Program-made: the position numbers and the translations under genes
Shown here: piece after piece, positions 1 through 12,528 of the stretch
Numbering within the stretch: the stretch's first letter is position 1
Layout of the letters: each line of letters starts with the position of its first letter
Source: Phoronis australis
Lineage: Eukaryota; Animalia; Phoronida
NCBI GenBank assembly: GCA_002633005.1
Contig: NMRA01000240.1
Span: 507,533-571,532 of the forward strand
Direction: 5' to 3'
Length of the DNA stretch: 64,000 bases
The notes under the pieces: generated by a model
The model's input: the letters and a program-made list of their open reading frames with translations, nothing else
The model's database searches: none
What the model was told of the DNA's origin: nothing

Positions 1-339
1 CGCTTTTTTAATTTTTCCGCCATCCCACCGCCGCACCATTCAAGTGTCCCGCTTTTTGACACACGGAAAAATTGACGAATATACTATTGTAATTTCCCAC
101 GAAATATAGCCATATCTTCCCGCTCGACCAAAAAGATCTTTCAAGGGTCTTTGCGGCACCCTCAATTTCCCATTCAACTATAAAAAAACAACAGCAAAAA
201 ACGCTGTCGGTCATTTGTAGGTGTTGTATCGCCCGTTCGACAAAATAACGTTGTCTGTACGTCTTTGTGTGTTGTAGCGAACATTTCACCCTCATGTTTT
301 GGCTTAGACCCAGATGTTCCGCTTTTTATCCTGAAGTCC

Positions 340-600
340 TGCTTCTCAATCCAATTGTTCCGTTTTTTTTCGCTCTTAAGTAATGACCTTGACAACTGTT
401 AACAGGTGTTCAAAATAACATTGTCTCTTTTATGAATATTGTTATTTTCCAGAGTCGTAAAAATGTATTCCAGTGTCTCTTGTTCACGGTAACATATACG
501 GCATATATCAGGGTCACTAACTTTTACTTTCTGAAGACAAGAGTTTATTTCTAAACTTTTATGGAAAGTTCTCCACCGCAACTAATGTAATGAGCTATCC
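340..600 (-). mobile_element. Decayed 3' fragment of a non-LTR retrotransposon (L1/Tx1-type ORF2 C-terminus)
   Basis: Minus ORF 399-581 reads WRTFHKSLEINSCLQKVKVSDPDICRICYREQETLEYIF, matching the C-terminal zinc-knuckle region (W..LH...TN..L.......C..C....ET..H.F) of L1/Tx1 ORF2. Frame is broken; boundaries approximate. Confidence 0.6.
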
Positions 601-853
601 ACAGTACAACTAGTGTGATGAGCTATTCACAGTACAACCACTGTGATGAACTATTCACAGTACAACCACTGTGATGAGCTATCCACAGTACAACCACTGT
701 GATGAGCTATTCACAGTACAACCACTGTGATGAGCTATTCACAGTACAACCACTGTGATGAGCTATCCACAGTACAACCACTGTGATGAGCTATCCACAG
801 TACAACCACTGTGATGAGCTATCCACAGTACAACCATGAGCTATCCACAGTAC
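589..853. repeat. 28-bp minisatellite (GTGATGAGCTATYCACAGTACAACCACT), about 9.5 copies
   Basis: GAGCT/GAACT recurs at 592, 620, 648, 676, 704, 732, 760, 788 and 816 (period 28). No unique spacers. Confidence 0.95.
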
Positions 854-2003
854 ATTTCAAAGCTACGTGATTGATGTTTGCCCATTTTTATCTATCATGA
901 AACCTTTATCTGCAAATTTGGGATAGATACTTGGAGTAGTTTATCGCATTTTTCGTAAATGCCGCTGCTTTCTGAATTTTTACTGAAGAATGTAATTATA
1001 TCAAACGGCACACCAAAGGTTCATTTAATTATATTAAATAAAAATGTATAATTCCTGACTAAATTATCCAAAGCAAATGCGAAGGAACCATATTCTAAAA
1101 CCTTGTTTTTTATAGGGTAGAAATCTTTTGAATCATTGAAATTATTTCCCTTAGGGTTTTACTAGCCATCTATATAACCTCTGTGGTTCATTTCCTTTTT
1201 GTGTTAAATATTACACGCTGTTATTTTTCGCATTGTGGTAATGGTTTTTAGAATTAAAAAATGTTTTAAATCAGTCAGGTATGCGAATTGATAATTACTT
1301 ATGAATTAAATTCTTTATCTCTTGCTTCTGGTATTATCATCGAGAACTGACAAAGGGAGTGATATGGCTCTACTCCGCAAAAGGGAGTGGGAATTAGCAG
1401 ACCATGCACCCGCAGTAGGCGTCTCTCAACAATTTTGGGTACACGCCTGGGTGCACCTTGTCAATATGAGTGATCCCCGGGGGGGGGGGACTTTGGCGAA
1501 GAATTCCTTCTCCACATTTTTGGTCGCAGTTAACTTTTTCACCTGGTGCGATAACTACAAAGTATTTCAATTGACGTCACGCGAGCTGGGCAAGAACAAG
1601 CTCGAGACTGATCGAAGCGTGGCTCGTAACACTTGCAAAAAGTAACCTGGGAAGACATCCGCAGAGACCGTAGCTAGCGTTTTTGATATCAGGTGGAATT
1701 TGTAAACTTTGTGTCCCTTGGACTTATTGTGAATTCACGTAACTTCCTCAAAATGGCACCTGGTGAACGGCGCCAGGTTTTCACTCAATGTGCATGTATG
1801 CATGTCTCCTTCAATGTTATTCGATGTATTTTGAGAAGAGTACCAACGCCCATGTATCCATGTATACCTGCAATTGCTCAATCGTTCTTCCCCCTGACGT
1901 GGTCAAGCCACCGGGTACTTGAAGCATCGCATACATACTAGGTAGTTGGCTTGAGTTAGAACTTCATTGCGTGGCCGGCGCAGCACTGAAATAAGCAGGA
2001 GCA

Positions 2004-2238
2004 GTTGAGCTATAGCCCTACCGTTGAGCTATAGCCCTATCGTTGAGCTATAGCCCTATCGTTGAGCTATAGCTCTACCGTTGAGCTATAGCCCTATCGT
2101 TGAGCTATAGCTCTGCCGTTGAGCTATAGCCCTACCATTGGGCTATAGCCCTATCGTTGAGCTATAGCCCTACCGTTGAGCTATAGCCCTATCGTTGAGC
2201 TATAGCCCTACCGTTGAGCTATAGCCCTACCGTTGAGC
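2004..2238. repeat. 19-bp minisatellite (GTTGAGCTATAGCCCTAYC), about 12 copies
   Basis: Directly visible head-to-tail units with a palindromic AGCTATAGCY core. Confidence 0.95.
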
Positions 2239-3242
2239 CAAATCCGAAACCGTCTGGACGAATTGGCGATTTGTAATAAAACCTCAAAACAAATTGGATT
2301 TTGTTGTTTTATAGCTCTGATTAAACTTGATTAAATCAAGGAGTCTATCCATTTCAACTATAATAACAAAACTGCGTGTTTCGGCCTTAAAACCGATAAT
2401 CTTCTTTTTAGAATTGATCCCCAACAGATATGACATTGTCTCACGCCAGAGCGTAAATACATTTCATTCACCGCAAGTGTACCACGTCAAATTACATACG
2501 AGAACCTGGGAACATGCTGAGCTGACGTTTTAACTTTTGATGGACCACTCGGCTGAATGCTAATCTTCCCGCCGGAGAATTTGCGTAATCTGCTAATTTC
2601 CATACTAATATCTAGATCTTCTGTGGGTGAAACTTGTTCTAGACCAAGCTTAATCCTAGTAATCTCTGGTAACGTAATTCGCAAAAACGTTTTCATTTCA
2701 GTTCAGTACATTTTGTCAGTAGAATCTAACAATTAATTTCCCAGAACGAATAAAGCTGTCCGATTTGACTTTTAGACCCAGTAAAATTATTCATGGTGAA
2801 ACGGTGGCATACTCTGGCCTTGTGTTCTTAGAACAGAATTATTTGTTGGATTTTTTTCACGTTTCGAACATTTCAGTCATGTGACAATGTTTTTATCGCG
2901 AAGCTGTGTTCAACTTTCTTCAGGAAATGTTATGTTTAGGGTAAAAAGTTCAATTAAATTCAGGTCTGCAATGTTTACTCAAAAAATCGGTTCAGTGCGT
3001 ATGCCACTTAGGAGTGGTAGTTTTCTTGGTGTGCTGGGAAATGCAACAAGTGATGTAGTGCGATAAAATATCAATTTTTTCTCGAACTCCACTTTTCCTA
3101 AATGCTGCCTGAAACGCCAACTTTTAACCACCTTTAAGTTTTTGGCGACTTAAGTTTAAGTTTGTTTCAAGTGTTGTTAGCGTAACCAGTGGTGATTCGG
3201 GAATTCACCCGAACGCGTGCATCATCAAAACGCGACTCAAAT

Positions 3243-3495
3243 CGTGCTCCTCGCACCCAACCCAAAAAATGGGGGCTCGAATTTTTGAGAATGTGGACCT
3301 TTCACTAAAAAACGAGATATGCTCATAGCTGTGAATTGTGCATTCATCGAATTTTGGTAGTTCCGGCCTTTTCAGTGGACTTTTGTCTCGTTTTCTACTT
3401 TTTAGGACTTTTTGTTTCTCTGAGGCGGACCTTTTTGCCCACTTCGCCAAATGGGGTCTCGAACGAGCCCCCACCCCTCCCCCTGGGTACGCATG
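3243..3495 (-). mobile_element. Non-autonomous DNA transposon (MITE family C, CATG..CACCC termini), copy 1
   Basis: Similar to 35657-35904 and 58983-59239 (shared CCCCATTTGGCGAAxTGGGCAAAAA and TGTGGAC blocks). Flanked by CAAAT at 3238-3242 and 3496-3500. Confidence 0.65.
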
Positions 3496-4962
3496 CAAAT
3501 CATTATGAATGTTGGCATTTGGTGGTGACTGTCCGTGCAGCTAGTGTTATGATCATGAGTACTGTCAGAGTCCAGAACCTTGAGTTTAGGTAATTACCAC
3601 ATACCATAGTATATCAAAATCGTAATAACCAGTTGATACGGACGTTACTACCACCACGTCCGGTCGGTCGTCCCACCTTGCGACTACAGAGGTTAGTGAG
3701 CTTGGCTCAGTCATTATTGCGTTGCAGTAATTTAAAAACCTCTGGCATGCTGGAGGGTAGTGCCAGTCCTAAACTTTGGGGAAGCTTCAGTTGGGTAGAT
3801 TTCAAACTGACATGAGCCCTTTCACTGCAGTGTTAGGGGATGCCTGAATCCAGCACAGTCCTACGATTTAAAGAAATATTACGAGAAACACCACTGGCAT
3901 TTCTTCATAGTACATGGAAATTTTTGTATACTACATTATTCACCGTTCAGTACCGACCCTTTTTAAAGAAAAGTATTGAAACTGCTATATTAAGATTATT
4001 GTTTCGTTTGTTCATGATTTTTATATCAAAAAAGTTATTTAGAAAGAAGAAAGTATTAGACCATATGTACAACATATATTTTGTACAAACAGCTCCATGA
4101 TTGTAGAGAGCACACAGCCAAGAAAAGCACATTGGATTTTTTGTAGGTTTGACTTATTGTTAGACAGAAGTCTGGTAAATTTAAATTGGTTTGGTTCAAG
4201 CCTGTGCCACTAGAACACTGAACAACGACAAGTGTGAGAAGAGAATAAACTGGACAAGTGTTCTTCTTCGATGCATTTCGGCCCTTTGATCAGTGCAAAT
4301 AGACGGAATTCGCTATCAATGCCAAAGTGCCGTTCGATCATGATGGTGTTTTCTATCAGTATCTTGCAAATTGGTTGTTTTCACTCGTGATGTGTTGATA
4401 AAACGCTATCCAGTGCTAGTTTTGACCCAGTTAAATCTCAAAGTGCATTATGGTTCATTTTTCGTATACTTTGTATTGTACCAGATTCAGGTGTCATGTT
4501 GGTAGCAATTTGTCGCACATTTCATGCCACCAGCGTGCTCGTAAGTTATGCATGCGCGTAGGGCCACCAAATATAGGGCTACTGCCGTAGTAACAATTTA
4601 AAAAATCTGCGGTTTGTTTGAACAATACCAGTTGTTTTCAAATGCTGAAGAACAAGATGTTATGAGAAACAGGACATAATTTATTTCAACACGTTTTTGG
4701 CTTCCTTCTACCCTCTACCCTTCTCCTCTCCCATCCAGTGGAGCCTGAATGTGGACGCTCCGACCTTTCTGTGGTGAGAAAGGAGCGTGCCAAGCAAACA
4801 TGATTGTATCAGTGCAATATTTAGAAATTCATGGGAACGAACCCAATTTCATTATAACACGTCTAGTCTGTGCATTGACCTGAAACGCCTTCAATAATGT
4901 TCCTTTTTAACGCTGTTGTTAGAATCTAAACTCGAAAACGCACATTTTCATAAGGAATCTTA

Positions 4963-5423
4963 TACCCCGTTTACACTGGAGCTCAGAAAGCTCAGGAACA
5001 ACTTATTTGCTGTCAAAAACTTCTTTATGTTTCTTTATAAAAAACTAGCAAAGTGGCAGTAGCTGGATTATTTGGAAACGTTCGTTTATTGTTCATTGGA
5101 ATTTTAGCATAGCGTATCAAAAAGTATGAAATTGGCCAAGAAAATCAAACCTGAATTCACGTGGGAAATCTTGGACTAATATGAATAAATACAGGAATGT
5201 ATACCGCGCAAGTACTCACGTTCACTCCACCATTTGTGTCGAATCGATTGGATTGTGCGTTCGCACACTGCTAGGTATGTATTGGTTCGAAGCCACCTCC
5301 TCCAGTGGGTTCAGATTGAACCGATTTAAAATAAACCGCCTGCGTTTACACACGCTTCTTAAAGTGATTTGAGTCGTAAACCAAGTTCAAATCGACTTAA
5401 ATCCCTGAATGTAAACGGGGGCA
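4963..5423. mobile_element. PIF/Harbinger-type MITE
   Basis: TIRs TACCCCGTTTACAC / GTAAACGGGGGCA, flanked by TTA at 4960-4962 and 5424-5426. A TWA target duplication is typical of Harbinger. Confidence 0.65.
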
Positions 5424-6683
5424 TTAAACTGTGAAAAATTCACCCACCTGAACGGCACGCGTCGTGCGCATCTTCTTTGGTACGTCCGAGGTCAGGTGTT
5501 CCGAACTAAATGCGAAAAATGAAAAACTGAAAAGTTGCAAGGAGTGGTAGTCATGTGCGATTTTTCTTGTTGCATTTTCTAGGAGGGTCGATGACCCTTT
5601 TTCGGGATTAAAGAAACACAAGTGTAACAACAAGTAAAAGCAAAAAGGACGACACGAGATCAATCATTAAAGAAAATACATGTTTCATAAATTTCAACAA
5701 AGCGCAATCGAATGTACAATATTTATTGTAGCTACTGTTCCATTGATGACATTTACAAAATAATGACACAATTGTTCACCATGTTTCGTCCTGTTTCAGC
5801 GCACTAAAGAACTTACGTGAGCGTACGCTAACTGTTTATCAACTTTCCATAAATAGAATATAAACAACAAAACAAAATAAATAAATATCAACCGACTCGC
5901 AATATCAAAAATACTAAAGCATTCTGATGTAGAAATGGCAGCAATCACAATAAACAATGTCCGTTGCAAACATAAACCTAACATTTAAGAAACATTTCTA
6001 CACAGATAAATTCACCGTGTGTTGTTATGGTAACTGGCTCTGAGATACTTGTAGACAAACTAATATCAATAATGCAGAATTTCCAATGTCGGCGTGACCA
6101 AGTCGACTAAAGATAACTGACCACGTGACCAAGTCGACTAAAGATAACTGACCACGTGATACAAAAACCGATCGTTGACCGTAGACTTAGCTTGAGAACG
6201 CAAGAAAAATACAATTACGCTCAACAGGAGGCAAGACACGACTGTTTATTCCTGTTGATTTTCTTGTTAGTCAGGTACATGATATGAAAAAATAGTGTTG
6301 GAAACGTGAGGAGGCATATGAAGTAAGAATGACTCATACGATTGGTCATATTTCATTCGAGGTACAAGTAGTCATTAACCCATCAAGTGAATCGTATGGT
6401 CAAGCACAATTAACTTTTGCAAATGTGAGGGTACAGTACATTCACGTCTTCTCGGGTGCAGCCATGCCATTGCCGATAAACTTTCTCTTACCCATGGATG
6501 TTTTGAATTCACAGGTTTTCATGATAAATTTGCAGTTTTGGTTATAGGTCAAAATGAATCACACATGAAATCCTGTGATTCGTGACTACCATTTGTTAAA
6601 GCAGCTGGCGCCCGTGACATTCACAGGTTCACTGAAACGGTGACCCTGTTTAACACCACCCCATAGCCAGTGCAGCAACTCCA

Positions 6684-6810
6684 GGGTTGCATTCTGTAGA
6701 CGCAAGGAACTTGCAAAAACGCAAGATCACTCAAGTCTTCGAGAGATATCGCTAAGCATTGCAAGCGAAGCACGTGATTGTACTTGCTCCTGCGTTTATA
6801 GAATGCCGCC
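6684..6810. repeat. Short dispersed palindromic repeat (family D); related copies near 46845-46935 and 48600-48740
   Basis: Shared core ACGCAAG..A..CGCAAAACGCAAGATCA...AAGTCTTCGxGA in all three places. Ends GCATTCTGTAGAC / GTTTATAGAATGC are imperfect inverted repeats. Confidence 0.5.
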
Positions 6811-8144
6811 GTACCAAAGTTTATGAAGTTGATCGGCCGAGAGACTCCGCCTGGAAACAAAGAATAGTGATTGATTTGGAAGGAGGCAGTGAATTCCGCG
6901 AAAAGCAGTTTCTATATTACCATAAATCATTTTAACTGCAAACAACGAACAAACCTTCCAGTTATAGCTGACACTGATAATCGCAATCTACTTCCGGGTT
7001 AGCACGAGACGGTAATTAGTTGCCATGTTCACCAGTTCTAGCACAAACAGCTACAGCACAATTTGCAAATTTCAGCACCCTCAACATGCAGCATTTCCGA
7101 GATTGATTACGGAAGGATTGACTGACTGACTGTCTGCCTGCCCGTCTGTCTGTCTTTCTTTCTGTTTGCCGGAGTCTGTCTCTCTATTGGTCTGCTTGTC
7201 TGCCTGTTTGTGTGACTAACTGTCACAAATACACTGATAACTAGGATAATCCTAAGTGTCTCACCTCAAAGCAGTCATAAAAGTTTGAGATAGAACTTGA
7301 ATCGACAAATTTCCTAAAACGTAGTTTCCACAGCTTTGATCCATGAAACAACATAACCCCTGTAGATTAAAATGAATTTGATGACACTGAGATCAAAAAC
7401 ACAATGGTATTGATGACCACATGAAATAATGAAAAAATGTAAAATTCTGCTTCAGCAGGAGAGAAACGTGGTCGGCCTCAAGAGTTTCAAGAGATATTAT
7501 CGGGCTGAATTTCTGATATCAGCCTCAGCCGAGTTAAAACTGCAGCGCTCGCGTCAAATACTCTGCTAGTGGAGCTAAAGCCCACTCCATTAACGACAGA
7601 GTATTATAAGCGCATACAGTTGGTGAAGTCACAGGCCCTGCTTTCAGCAAATGTCTGGCAGACAACGGCGAGTATTGGCAATTTGTAATTTATAAAATCA
7701 CAAAAGCTCAACGGTTTTTTAGTTTCATAGCTTTGATAAAAGCTAATAATTTCAAGAGGTGTATCTCAATCAACAATAACTCCAAAAATTGCGTTTTTCG
7801 GCCGCAAACCGACAACGAACCTTTAAGCATAAAAATAATGACTATCATCTGTTAGCCCTGCAACTGGCGACCACAGTGGATTGACAAAATTATTGCGAAA
7901 TGTGTCAAATATGTGGTAAATACTAGCCCGAATATTTGAACCGTTTTTCAATAAAAAAAACTGTTTGTAGATAATAGAAACCGTGTCTGCCAGCTGGGGC
8001 ACAGTTTATGGTAGGATTGCTGTATATTGATGTCGGGTGGCCGCCAGACTGTCAAAATAAAGTTTAACTCGTGCGGACTCATAGTCACGCTTGGCAACCA
8101 GCGCTGTATCTCAAACACGCAGGTAGCAAGTTTCTTTATTTGAT

Positions 8145-8732
8145 TCACGACCAATCTTTCTTTGATACGCACTCGCAGCCAACTCGGACATGAACTTTAA
8201 CAAACTGCCAACCAGTCCTTAAAACGGTTGGTAACTCTTTGTCATGGCAACCATCCATATTCTGCTTCAGCACCTTGATAACGTAGGTTCTCGCTTTACA
8301 CCTGTAATTGCCTCGCCAACACTTGGTTTGCTCGCAGATTTTTTCTTTAACGTACCTCGGGTAGTATTGATCTCCTAAATCAGTCCATTGTTGTTTACAT
8401 TTACATTTCCATGACAGTCTACGACGGTGTTTTCGCCGTCGCCTGCCAGGATTGCGTCTACCTGACAAATGTCTTGAATTTTGGGCCTCCGTATCCCTTC
8501 GCTGCCTTATCGAAGACTCGTCTGTGCTCTCCGTTTCTGTTGATATATTTTGGTTGCGCGTTGCAGTAACATCGGGTAAAACATGCGCCATAGAGCTGAT
8601 GTCGAACGCGCTACCCATAAGTTTTTTGAGATCACTCTCCTCCAGTTTTTGACATTCGTGCGTCATCTTGGGCCTCACCGGGGCACAAGTGACCTCACAG
8701 AAGATGATAAACAGGGTAATCACAACAAACGC
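8145..8732 (-). CDS. trk: Trunk-like secreted cystine-knot growth factor (trunk/PTTH/Noggin family), coding exon 2
   Basis: Pro-region CQKLEESDLKKLMGSAFDISSMAHVLP matches the trunk/Noggin N-terminal block. Polybasic cleavage sites RQRR and RRRRKHRRR are present. The C-terminal knot WKC....WTDLGDQYYPRYV...IC....CW.G.Y.C.......VL.....C....LP..LR..W.F....V.VGCEC is trunk-like. The ORF-track start (GTG 8753) is intronic: acceptor tgtttgtcctttcAG ends at 8733, phase 0. Confidence 0.85.
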   Translation of the reverse strand, partial: AFVVITLFIIFCEVTCAPVRPKMTHECQKLEESDLKKLMGSAFDISSMAHVLPDVTATRNQNISTETESTDESSIRQRRDTEAQNSRHLSGRRNPGRRRRKHRRRLSWKCKCKQQWTDLGDQYYPRYVKEKICEQTKCWRGNYRCKARTYVIKVLKQNMDGCHDKELPTVLRTGWQFVKVHVRVGCECVSKKDWS

Positions 8733-8855
8733 CTGAAAGGACAAACATTGCACAGATTACTTATTACACTTTTATGATATGCCGCTAGTCACAATTAAAG
8801 CCGATGACTTTACAAAAGCATACACTGTTTAATCTAAACGGTGACGAATTTTTAC

Positions 8856-8885
8856 CTGGAAGCGTTTCAAAGTTAGCAAACACAT
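8856..8885 (-). CDS. trk: Trunk-like gene, coding exon 1 (MCLLTLKRFQ)
   Basis: ATG at 8885 and donor CAG|GTAAAA at 8855. A 123-bp phase-0 intron joins in frame to AFVVITLFIIFCEVTCA, giving a complete signal peptide and a 205-aa protein. Confidence 0.75.
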
Positions 8886-9466
8886 GAACACTATTAGGTC
8901 ATGTCAAAATGAACCTTGGCTGCACCTGTCTGTCCGTTTCGCTACCCAGCGTGTTCGCTGCCTGTATGTCAGTGCGGCCACGCGACTCGCTATATCGGCT
9001 TACCAGCGAACGATTTTATACGACTTTCTCTTAAAAATAGCTACTCAAGTGCACGTTGATAGCTTCACACATATTTTTAAATAGCCGCCTGCTTAATTTA
9101 GACGTCTTGTTTAGATGGTACGCGGATTTGTAAATCTCGGGTCAATCAATAATTCGTTATTGTCATGTGTAAGAGGTTGTTTTAAACTATTAACAAGGGA
9201 AATGTCTTTGTCCACAATCACATTTGAGATCGACAAGTTTCACGCGCGGCTTCAGCTGCAAGATGAGAGGTTGTTACCATGGTTAATGGACAGTAACTGA
9301 CTGACAACTAGTCATGGTTCTGCATTCTGTCAACAAAAACTTCTTTAGATATTTTGGTCGTAGGAAGCGGAACTTTTACTGTAACGAACGCTTAAAGTAT
9401 ACTGCCGTGACGGTGTCGTGATAACGAACTCCTTGTACGTTCATGCGTGTAATAATTAAACCGTGT

Positions 9467-9623
9467 CATAGGCGGGTCCAGGAGTATCAAGGGGGTCCGG
9501 ACCTCTTTTCCCTTGATTTTAGTGACACCAAATCTAGAATTTTCAAGTTGTTGACTCGGACCCATTTTTATAAAACTTCTTGATCCGAATCTCCCTTTTA
9601 AAAAATGTTGGATCCGCCCCCTG
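9467..9623. mobile_element. Short hAT-like MITE with 5-bp TSD
   Basis: Termini CATAGGCGGGTCCA / TGGATCCGCCCCCTG, flanked by CGTGT at 9462-9466 and 9624-9628. Confidence 0.7.
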
Positions 9624-10084
9624 CGTGTGTATGGTTGACCTGTGGCACAGTAAGTGACAAAGTTTTCAAGTGATAAAAATACTTTTATTTCTTCTTGAAC
9701 AGCATTTCCAGTGAATTTGTCTAATTTATTGTAAATCAGGAATGCGAAAGCAATCTACGCGGGTGGCAGACCACGTGTTCTTTAGTCATTTGGCGAGCAG
9801 AAAGAAGTAAGACCGATACCGAGATGAGTATACGTTCGTTATTGAATTGTTGTAGGCTATTGCAGCAAACGCTCGTTTGATGTATTGACATGTTTTGAAG
9901 AAAACGAATAGTATTTTTAGAATGAGTGATGATATTGTAAAGAAAAACAAGAAGAAAGGCTAATTTGATTACTAGTTTGTCAAAGCAATAGAGCAGGTGG
10001 TCTGATACAGGTTGCCGCGGCATCAGAAGTATGCAGACCGTTCAGTCGAGCCCATTGCACCGAAAACCTGAAACCATTTTCATT

Positions 10085-10233
10085 TATTAATACACACACA
10101 CGCGCGCGCGCGCACGCACACACACTAATACAAATTAAGACGGATTTGAGGAGCAAGAGATCTGTGTCTCGAGGGTTTAGCAGTGGATTCTAGCGGGATT
10201 CGAACCTAAGACCTTGTGGGCCCACTAGGCCAC
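10085..10233 (-). mobile_element. tRNA-derived SINE remnant with (TG)n(CG)n tail
   Basis: Minus strand begins GTGGCCTAGTGG (Pol III A-box), then GGTTCGAATCCC (B-box). No complete cloverleaf. An alternating purine-pyrimidine run lies at about 10091-10125. Confidence 0.55.
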
Positions 10234-12454
10234 ATTGTATCTTCAGTTTGTTAGCTGTGAAATCTTGAGACCTAGAGATACCAGTTCGCAAGATGTGATA
10301 ACAATTTTCTAGGTCATAAGCAGTATTCATATGTCACTAATGAGTTTGCTGTTTCACCTAGAGGCTCCCAAAACATTTTAAAACGTAATTATGGGTCCTT
10401 CAACTTCAGCGCTTTTGTTTATAAAGCTGGCCATCTTTAAGCCTGTAAAATTAAACCGGTAGTCCAGAAGTTCGATCGATCAATATTTGAATGCACGGGA
10501 GAGCTGGGTGATTTCCCGGCATGGAAAAACTCTCTGCCAAATTTTCAGAATTTGAAGAGAACCCCAATAAGTTTTGGTGATATTTGCACGCGTCACGTGT
10601 TCGTATTTTTAAATCTTTAAGCCACTTTCTATCTTCGGCTAGCCTCCAGCGCTCAGTCGGCTTCATGCAAACTGAAAGTCGCGCATCTGCCTATATTGAC
10701 TTCATCGTGATTTGGAAAGTCACTCGAGTTGGCTAACCTGATAGGCGTCGTATCACGAACTCAAAACCAGCACACTATGCGCAGATAACGATGATATTAT
10801 AAATGTGTTGCCGATACCCAGCGGACATTAACATGAAATTAAGTAGAAGACAATTATCGTGATGAGGAACCCGGCAATCTGTACCATTGATGGGATGACC
10901 AGCCTGCGTTGCTAAGTTGCTTGACGTCATTTCTATAACCAATCATCAATACATCGGCAGGGGGGGGGCGTCTAGTTTCATGGCAGGTAACATTCCGCTC
11001 CCTGAATACAGCAAGGCTTCTTCTCACTCTCTGGGGATTTTGTCGTATTCATCCACAATAGTGTGCGTCCACGGCACTCGGTCTAAATATACGAGTCCAC
11101 CTTTGCGAGTTGGGCAGCGTAGTGTATGCGCACTCGCGTGGTGAAGATCTAGTACTGAGAGCAAAGGCAAGCCGATTTTTACATTGTGCTCTGTGGGGTT
11201 TCTACAATACAATGCAGATTTCTCTGATGATAGAAAAACAACGCTTGGTAATAAATTTATGTCTCCAGTCCGTGAGTATAGTACTGGGTGGTTTAGACAC
11301 AGAATTTACGACAGATTATCCATGACGTTAGTTTTTATCACCCAGTTCTGGACTTCTGTGGTCAGTCAATGCGTGACTGGGCTTGTAAATCACCGGATTA
11401 CTAAAATCACCAGTATTTCACTAAAGGCCTTTTCATACTGGCTTAACTCCGTTCTGAGCGGAGCGTCGATAACCTGACGGGCTTCAGAAGTTAACGGACT
11501 TCGAAGTAATCGGTAGGTGACACTGTTGTCATAGGAGTAATCGCAAGGTAGCGCTGAACAAGACAATTTGGGAACATTTACATAAAACTTATTTTTTTAT
11601 TCGATTGGTGATTACTAGAACGAAATATAAGCAACTATTAACGACGGCACTACCCTGTAATTGTCGACGATAACAGTGACACCTGGCGATAATTTCGATG
11701 GGACTGAAGTTGACTGTTCTCATACCGTGCACCGCAGCGTCAATCCACCAGTTTACTGCGAAGTAAACTGGCGCTGTTAACTTCGATCCAGGACCGAAGA
11801 TAAGCGTTCATACTGACAGCAACTATCCAAAACAGCGACGGAAAGGCCCTGAAATGAGCTCCAACATTGAGTAGACCTACATGTGGGTAGTTCTCCTCAG
11901 TGAAGAAAATGAATTTGGAATATTTTGAATGGTCTTAGAGCAACATTTTGGCAATTTAGTCTGTACCCCGAAAAATATAGGTTTAAACAGCTCTTACTCT
12001 TCCTATCACTTACATGAGAAACCCACGTGAATTGGTTTGTTTACTCTACCTAATTACATGTTCAAAATCGTGGATGGAACCATGGACTAGTGAATTTGCA
12101 CTTATCAATATTTTGCATTAAGATTAATCTACCATTTGTGATTTTGATGCCAATCACGTTTTACTGTTGCATTGTGAGTTGCTGTTCAGAGATGTCGTGT
12201 CGTTCTTCATTCGTCCGACTAAGCTCAAAAATGTGTTTCATGCGTTACAGTTTGAATGCTGGGTCGATTATGGTAGGCCTATGTGTATTTCAACTCCGTA
12301 AAAGAGGAAAGCTCAACCGTTAAAGTGGAATTTCACTTGCGAAGATCACAAACAAATTTCAATTAAAGGCATCTCGTCAGTTTCTGAGTGACGGTCAGAG
12401 TCTCGCAGTTTCTGTGTGACGCTCAAAGTTCGTTGAATGGAGGATTGCCGGCCG

Positions 12455-12528
12455 GGCCAGTGCGGGGCCAGCGCGGGGCCAGCGCGGGGCCAGCGCGGGG
12501 CCAGCGCGGGGCCAGCGCGGGGCCAGCG
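12455..12528. repeat. GC-rich 11-bp tandem repeat (GGGGCCAGCGC), about 6.5 copies
   Basis: Directly visible. Regularly spaced G4 runs suggest possible G-quadruplex formation. Confidence 0.9.

Noticed and set aside
589-853. 28-bp repeats of CRISPR-like length (also the 19-, 21- and 45-bp arrays)
   Set aside because: Units are head-to-tail with no unique spacers, no cas genes are present and the context is eukaryotic; these are ordinary minisatellites.
8733-8753. ORF-track N-terminus MQCLSFQ of the trunk-like protein
   Set aside because: It starts at GTG two codons after a TAA and is the polypyrimidine tract and acceptor of an intron. The real start is ATG 8885.
10195-10233. Possible tRNA gene (A- and B-box on minus strand)
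   Set aside because: The anticodon arm is deleted and there is no acceptor stem or cloverleaf; better explained as a SINE head.
11024-11212. Minus ORF with protein-like stretch RCPTRKGGLVYLDRVPWTHTIVDEYDKIPRE
   Set aside because: Short, ends in a stop, no family recognised and no convincing exon chain. It could be a TE remnant but is unsupported.
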